64,000 nt of DNA from NCBI RefSeq assembly GCF_036365525.1, contig NC_090409.1:39380437-39444436 (forward strand). The letters run 5' to 3'. The first letter of the stretch is position 1. Each line of letters opens with the position of its first letter. Shown here in pieces: positions 59,690 through 64,000 of this stretch. Position numbers and translations under genes: made by a program. A model generated the notes under the pieces. That model had not been told where the DNA came from. It saw nothing but the letters and a program-made list of their open reading frames with translations, and did no database searches. This DNA is from Heterodontus francisci. Taxonomy: Eukaryota.

Positions 59690-59880
59690 TATTCTGGATA
59701 AAACTGTCCAGAAATTCCTCCCCCTCTCTTATGTGTCAGAGTCTCTCCAGCTCAATGACTCTGAGCCGGAGAGATTCGAGATGGAGACATCACCTGCAGA
59801 CGTGTTTGCTCAGGACAGTCTCGCTGTCCACAAACTCCCACATTCTGCAGTCCAGACACACAATCTGCTCTGCTATATCT
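59690..59880 (-). mobile_element. CR1 ORF1 N-terminal remnant
   Basis: Reverse complement translates VCLDCRMWEFVDSETVLSKHVCR*CLHLESLRLRVIELE (zinc finger/leucine zipper). Confidence 0.6.
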
Positions 59881-60639
59881 TAAACTAGCCTTATTTTATT
59901 TATTTAACTGAAGTCTTTAATCAATGATTATTTGTAATTTTATAACGTAGTTTAACACGTGAAATAATAACCTTAATACACTACTTATACTTTCCCAGTT
60001 CTATGTTTAAACCACTGACGTAGTTTAGAGAAAAAGAAGCCTTAAAACTCACTAACTAATCATTTACCTGTTTATCTAATTAATGCCTCTGGACTTCAGC
60101 TCTCTGGTCTCACTGTCTCCCTCTCCCTCTCTCGATCACTCCTTGTCTTGTGAAAGACCAGAACAGCACCTCTTCCCTCCCTGCGCCGAATTCCCTCACT
60201 CACCAAATTGTCCGAGTGAAGTACTCTGTCGCAGCAGTACGCCATCGTGCTGGCCTCCATGCTGCTCACTTGGTGTGTAAGTAAAAACCAATTCCAAAGA
60301 CCTGAGTCAGGCCCTGCTGACCGGGTAAGCAGTTCTAACTCGTCACCTCATTAACTAACCGTGTAGCGACATGAGGGGAGGGCGGATCTTTTTTGGGCAG
60401 CGAGTGTTTGGGATGTGGAATGCGCTGCCTGAGAGTGTGGTGGAGGCACATTCAATGGTGGCTTTCAAAAGGGAATTGGATAATAATGTGAAGAGTAAAG
60501 TTGTGCGGGGGCTAGGGGGGGAAAAGGCGGGGGGGCTGTGAGACTAGCTGAGTTGCTCTGACAGAGAGCCAGCACAGACAGGACGGGCCGAATGGCCTCC
60601 TCCTCTGCTCTCACCATTCACTTCAACCCCTTCTCCCTC

Positions 60640-60775
60640 CAACGGCTTCTGCTCGCGCCGGGGGGCGGGGTCACAGCCAGCCTCCCAATCAGCGGCCGGG
60701 CCGGTCTGTCACTCAGCTCTCGCCCCGCCCCCCGGCCCCGCCCCTTGGCGGCAAGGGCTTCTCCTGGCGCCAGTG
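60640..60775. promoter_or_regulatory. Orphan copy of the family promoter module
   Basis: CCAAT-N16-CTGTCACTCA plus three GC boxes; colinear with 1135-1250. Confidence 0.65.
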
Positions 60776-60779
60776 TGTC

Positions 60780-62560
60780 AGGCTCACACTGCCGAGTGTG
60801 TGTGTGTAAGCTTCACACTACTGCTCCTGTGTGTCTGCATAGATTGCAAATAGAATTCACACAGTCTCTGCATTAGAAATAGAAAAGCTCAGCAATCTCA
60901 CACAATATCAGCTGAGTCCACATTGCCTCACAGCTGATTCTTATTTCTAATCTTTACAGTGGCGAGTGTCTGACATTAAACTGAAATATCCCACAGCCTC
61001 TCTTCATATCTATCTCTTCAATCATTATGGATCTAACTGCTGTCATATATAATGTTTTATACACTTCCTACATTTCCTGTTCCTGATCTCTGTCTCTCCT
61101 GTTGAAATCTTGGCGCCTCTCTCGGGCAAGGAGCTGGGCTGTGATGCCTCCCACAGTCAAATAGCCTGTCTACATCCAGTGTAACACCAGAGAAGGCCTG
61201 GAGACCGCAGAACGGTCTGGAACGAAGGTCTTGGCCATAAACGAGTTCGTTTTGGTGTGTAATGTTTATTGGACAATATATTTAAAATTTGTACAAAAAA
61301 GGGATTTGGGGGAAGTGGTTCCTGAAGATCAGGTGTTGAGGAACAAGTCTGGATCCCTGATAATGAGTTACTCTGTCAACCTCCTGATTGATCTAATGCT
61401 GGGTCAGAGGGGTTTGATCTGGTTAGGCCCCATCTGGAGTCACTGTGTTCAGTCTGGGCACCGCCCTTCAGGATGGATATATTGCCCGAGAGGGTGCAGT
61501 GCAGATTCAGCAGAATGATACTGGAGTGAAAAGGGTTAAATTACAAGGACAGGTTGCACAGACGAGGCTTGTATTCCCTTTTCTATCAAAAATTAAAAGG
61601 TGATCTAATCGCTGTGTTTAAGGTAATTAAAGGATTTGACAGGATAAATAGGAGAGCCAACACAGATTAGATGGGCTGAACAGCCTCATTCTGAGTTGTA
61701 ACTATTGTTTAATTGAGTTCTCTCCCCCTACATGCCCCATTCAGGTCAATAGCCCTGAACCAACATCACTTTAAATAAAACTGATGATCTGAATCATTAT
61801 CACATTGCTGTTCATGGGATCTTGCTGTGCACAAGGTAGCTGCTGCATTTCCTACATTACAACAGTAACTACATTTGAAAAAGTACTTCCCTGACTGTGA
61901 AACACTTTGGGATGTCCTGAGGTGGTGAAAGACGCTATATAAATGTAAACTCTTTCTTTTATAGAGAGTACCAGAAATGCTCACACTATCAAAGCTCGAC
62001 AGTCCTGTCACATCCAGTCTTGAACAGTGGGGAACAATTAAACAACAGGAGGAGGAGGCTCCATGAACATCTCCATCCTCCGTGATGGGGGAGCCCAGCA
62101 CCAGTGAAAAAGACCAGGCTGAAGTGATCACAACCATCTTCAGCTGGAAGTGCCGACTGGATGATCCATCCCGGCCTCTTCCTGAGATCCCACAATCACA
62201 GATACCGTCATCAGACAATTCAATTCACTCCAGTTAGGATCAAGAGACTTCCTGTCTGTACACAGCAGCATCTCTGTTCAGGCAGTGACAGACAGAGTCA
62301 TTAAACATAACAAGACTGTACATTCACTAATATTAACACTGACTTCTCTTTAATCAGAGATTAAATCAAAAATTACATATAGAAAAGTAACATTAATTAT
62401 ACAGAATAGAGGTACAGATATAGACAAAATCTATAGGACTCAGTTTCAATTGTAGAAAACATGTATAAAATATTTACAGTATAAATTACACATAAATACA
62501 GTGACAATGAGGACCTGGACTGCAGAGAGAGAGAGATCGGAGTCCAAGATATACAAATCA
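60780..62560 (-). repeat. Inverted, older duplicate of ~16850-20530
   Basis: ORF 61766-62218 matches ORF 18560-18823; 60900-61010 is the reverse complement of ~19760-19870. Confidence 0.85.
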
Positions 62561-63129
62561 TTAAAAGCTGGTGAACAGGCACAGATCCTTGAATTAATAA
62601 ATATTGCTCGAGTGCAAAAGTGAGGACTTTCTGGTAAACCTTCATAAATTCACCAGTTTCAGCCTCAGCTGGAGTATTGAGTCTGGGGATCACACTTTAG
62701 GGAGGATGTCAAGGCTTTGGAGAGGAGATTTACTAGAATGGTTCCAGGGTGAGAGACTTCAGTAACAGAAACCACAGAAGGAGCCCATTCAGCCCATTGT
62801 GTCAGCACAGCCGAAAAAACTGGCCGCCCAATATAATATGTGGAGACTGGAGAAGCCACAGGCAGTTTCAATCTATAAAATATCTAGAAGATGGAATCGG
62901 TATATAAACAGTTACTGGCAATAATGTCGCTGCTGGTTTTGCCCAGTGGATGCTGCTGCACAGAGAGTTTCTGAAGCCTCTTCCCATGTTCACCACTGTG
63001 GGAGAACCATCGCTACAAGGACTGCAGTGGTTCAGGTACAGATGGACAATAAATGGGGCCCTGCCAGTATCACCCACACTGAGAACAGGTTAATAAATGC
63101 ATCACAAACTACCTGATGTTCCCACTGTT

Positions 63130-64000
63130 TGGACCGAGGCGGGAGGAGTGCACTGTTAATTCAGTCCCGCTTCTCCACAGATCACAATATATTCTTTAAG
63201 TTTTCCATTTGTTGAAACAATTCCCCAGAATAAAACACACTAACCAGGTTTCTTTACTAAACAAAATTAACAGATTATAAAACAATTCTTAACTAGTAAT
63301 GCAGTAAAATAATATCACAGATCAAATTTTTAAATATCCAACATTAGATTTTAAAATGTCCCCTTTACCTTAGTTCCTTCACACTCACACATTCCTATAC
63401 ATAAATCAGTTAACTGGAAAAAGAAAAAGAATTTTTAGATTAGAGCTCTGTTACAGACAAAAACACAAATAGATCACGTGTCCACCCCAAAAAGAATAGC
63501 AGATGAGACTCACTGCACCAAAGAAGCAGACAGTCCAATGTCTAAGCAACTGTTACAGAAACTTCCAGAATTAGTTCTCTTCAGGCAGTGTTGAAAAGCA
63601 ATTTAGCTGGCCTTGTTAAAATGCAGGAACATGACAAATTAACATGCTGAACTTCAGAGTCTTTGAGGGAATTGAGAGTAAAAGCACTGGGTTGTAGTCT
63701 TCTGTTCTTCCTTGGAATTCTTTCCTTTTTCTGTCCTTCTTTGGCACTTTAGTAGCACTTGACTTTTGTCTCCTTCCAGAAGGTATCACACACATGCACT
63801 GACTGACAACCAAACAGCTTGGCAGTTCGCTGCCCACCCAGATGTTCTCTGTTGTTACTGGGCTTGTCAATTTCTGCCCTTTGCCATGGCTTCTGTTCTA
63901 AGCCGAGCCCAACCAGGTGACAAACCGTTGCCAATCATCCCTCACTGTCTTCTTGAGTGAAAAACATTTAGCTTAATTATAAATTCCTTTATTTTATTAA
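63130..64000 (-). mobile_element. Gypsy LTR, same family as 52900-53965
   Basis: Reverse complement aligns to 52900-53965 (ORF 63616-63870 versus 53095-53331). Confidence 0.85.

Overview
Vertebrate genomic DNA, almost certainly from a cartilaginous fish (shark), judging by HE1/V-type SINEs, Deu-domain (SacSINE-like) SINEs and the CR1, Penelope and Tx1 families present. The window holds a tandem/inverted cluster of small type-I membrane genes with a single B7/butyrophilin-like IgV domain. Three copies have intact reading frames through the TM exon: A (+, 10164-14883), B (-, 33728-25264) and C (+, 44331-51203). A fourth copy, D (-, 935-310), runs off the left edge, and there are two orphan exon-1 relics. 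The exon plan is a 7-codon start exon, signal-peptide exon, IgV exon, optional stalk exon and TM exon; the cytoplasmic tail is not resolved. The paralogs are mosaics. IgV exons diverge mainly on the C-C' and F-G surfaces while the flanking introns are nearly identical, stalks are 18, 13 or 0 aa, and the TM segments differ in polar residues. A CCAAT-N16-CTGTCACTCA/GC-box promoter module precedes A, C, D and one relic (amplified six-fold at D), and an 81-bp intron-1 VNTR varies in copy number. Most of the remaining sequence is nested retroelement debris: CR1, Tx1, RTE, Penelope ends with minimal hammerhead motifs, solo LTRs with TSDs, and a Gmr1-like Gypsy. There are also three other minisatellites and a tRNA-Thr pseudogene. 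TE boundaries without a TSD are approximate.
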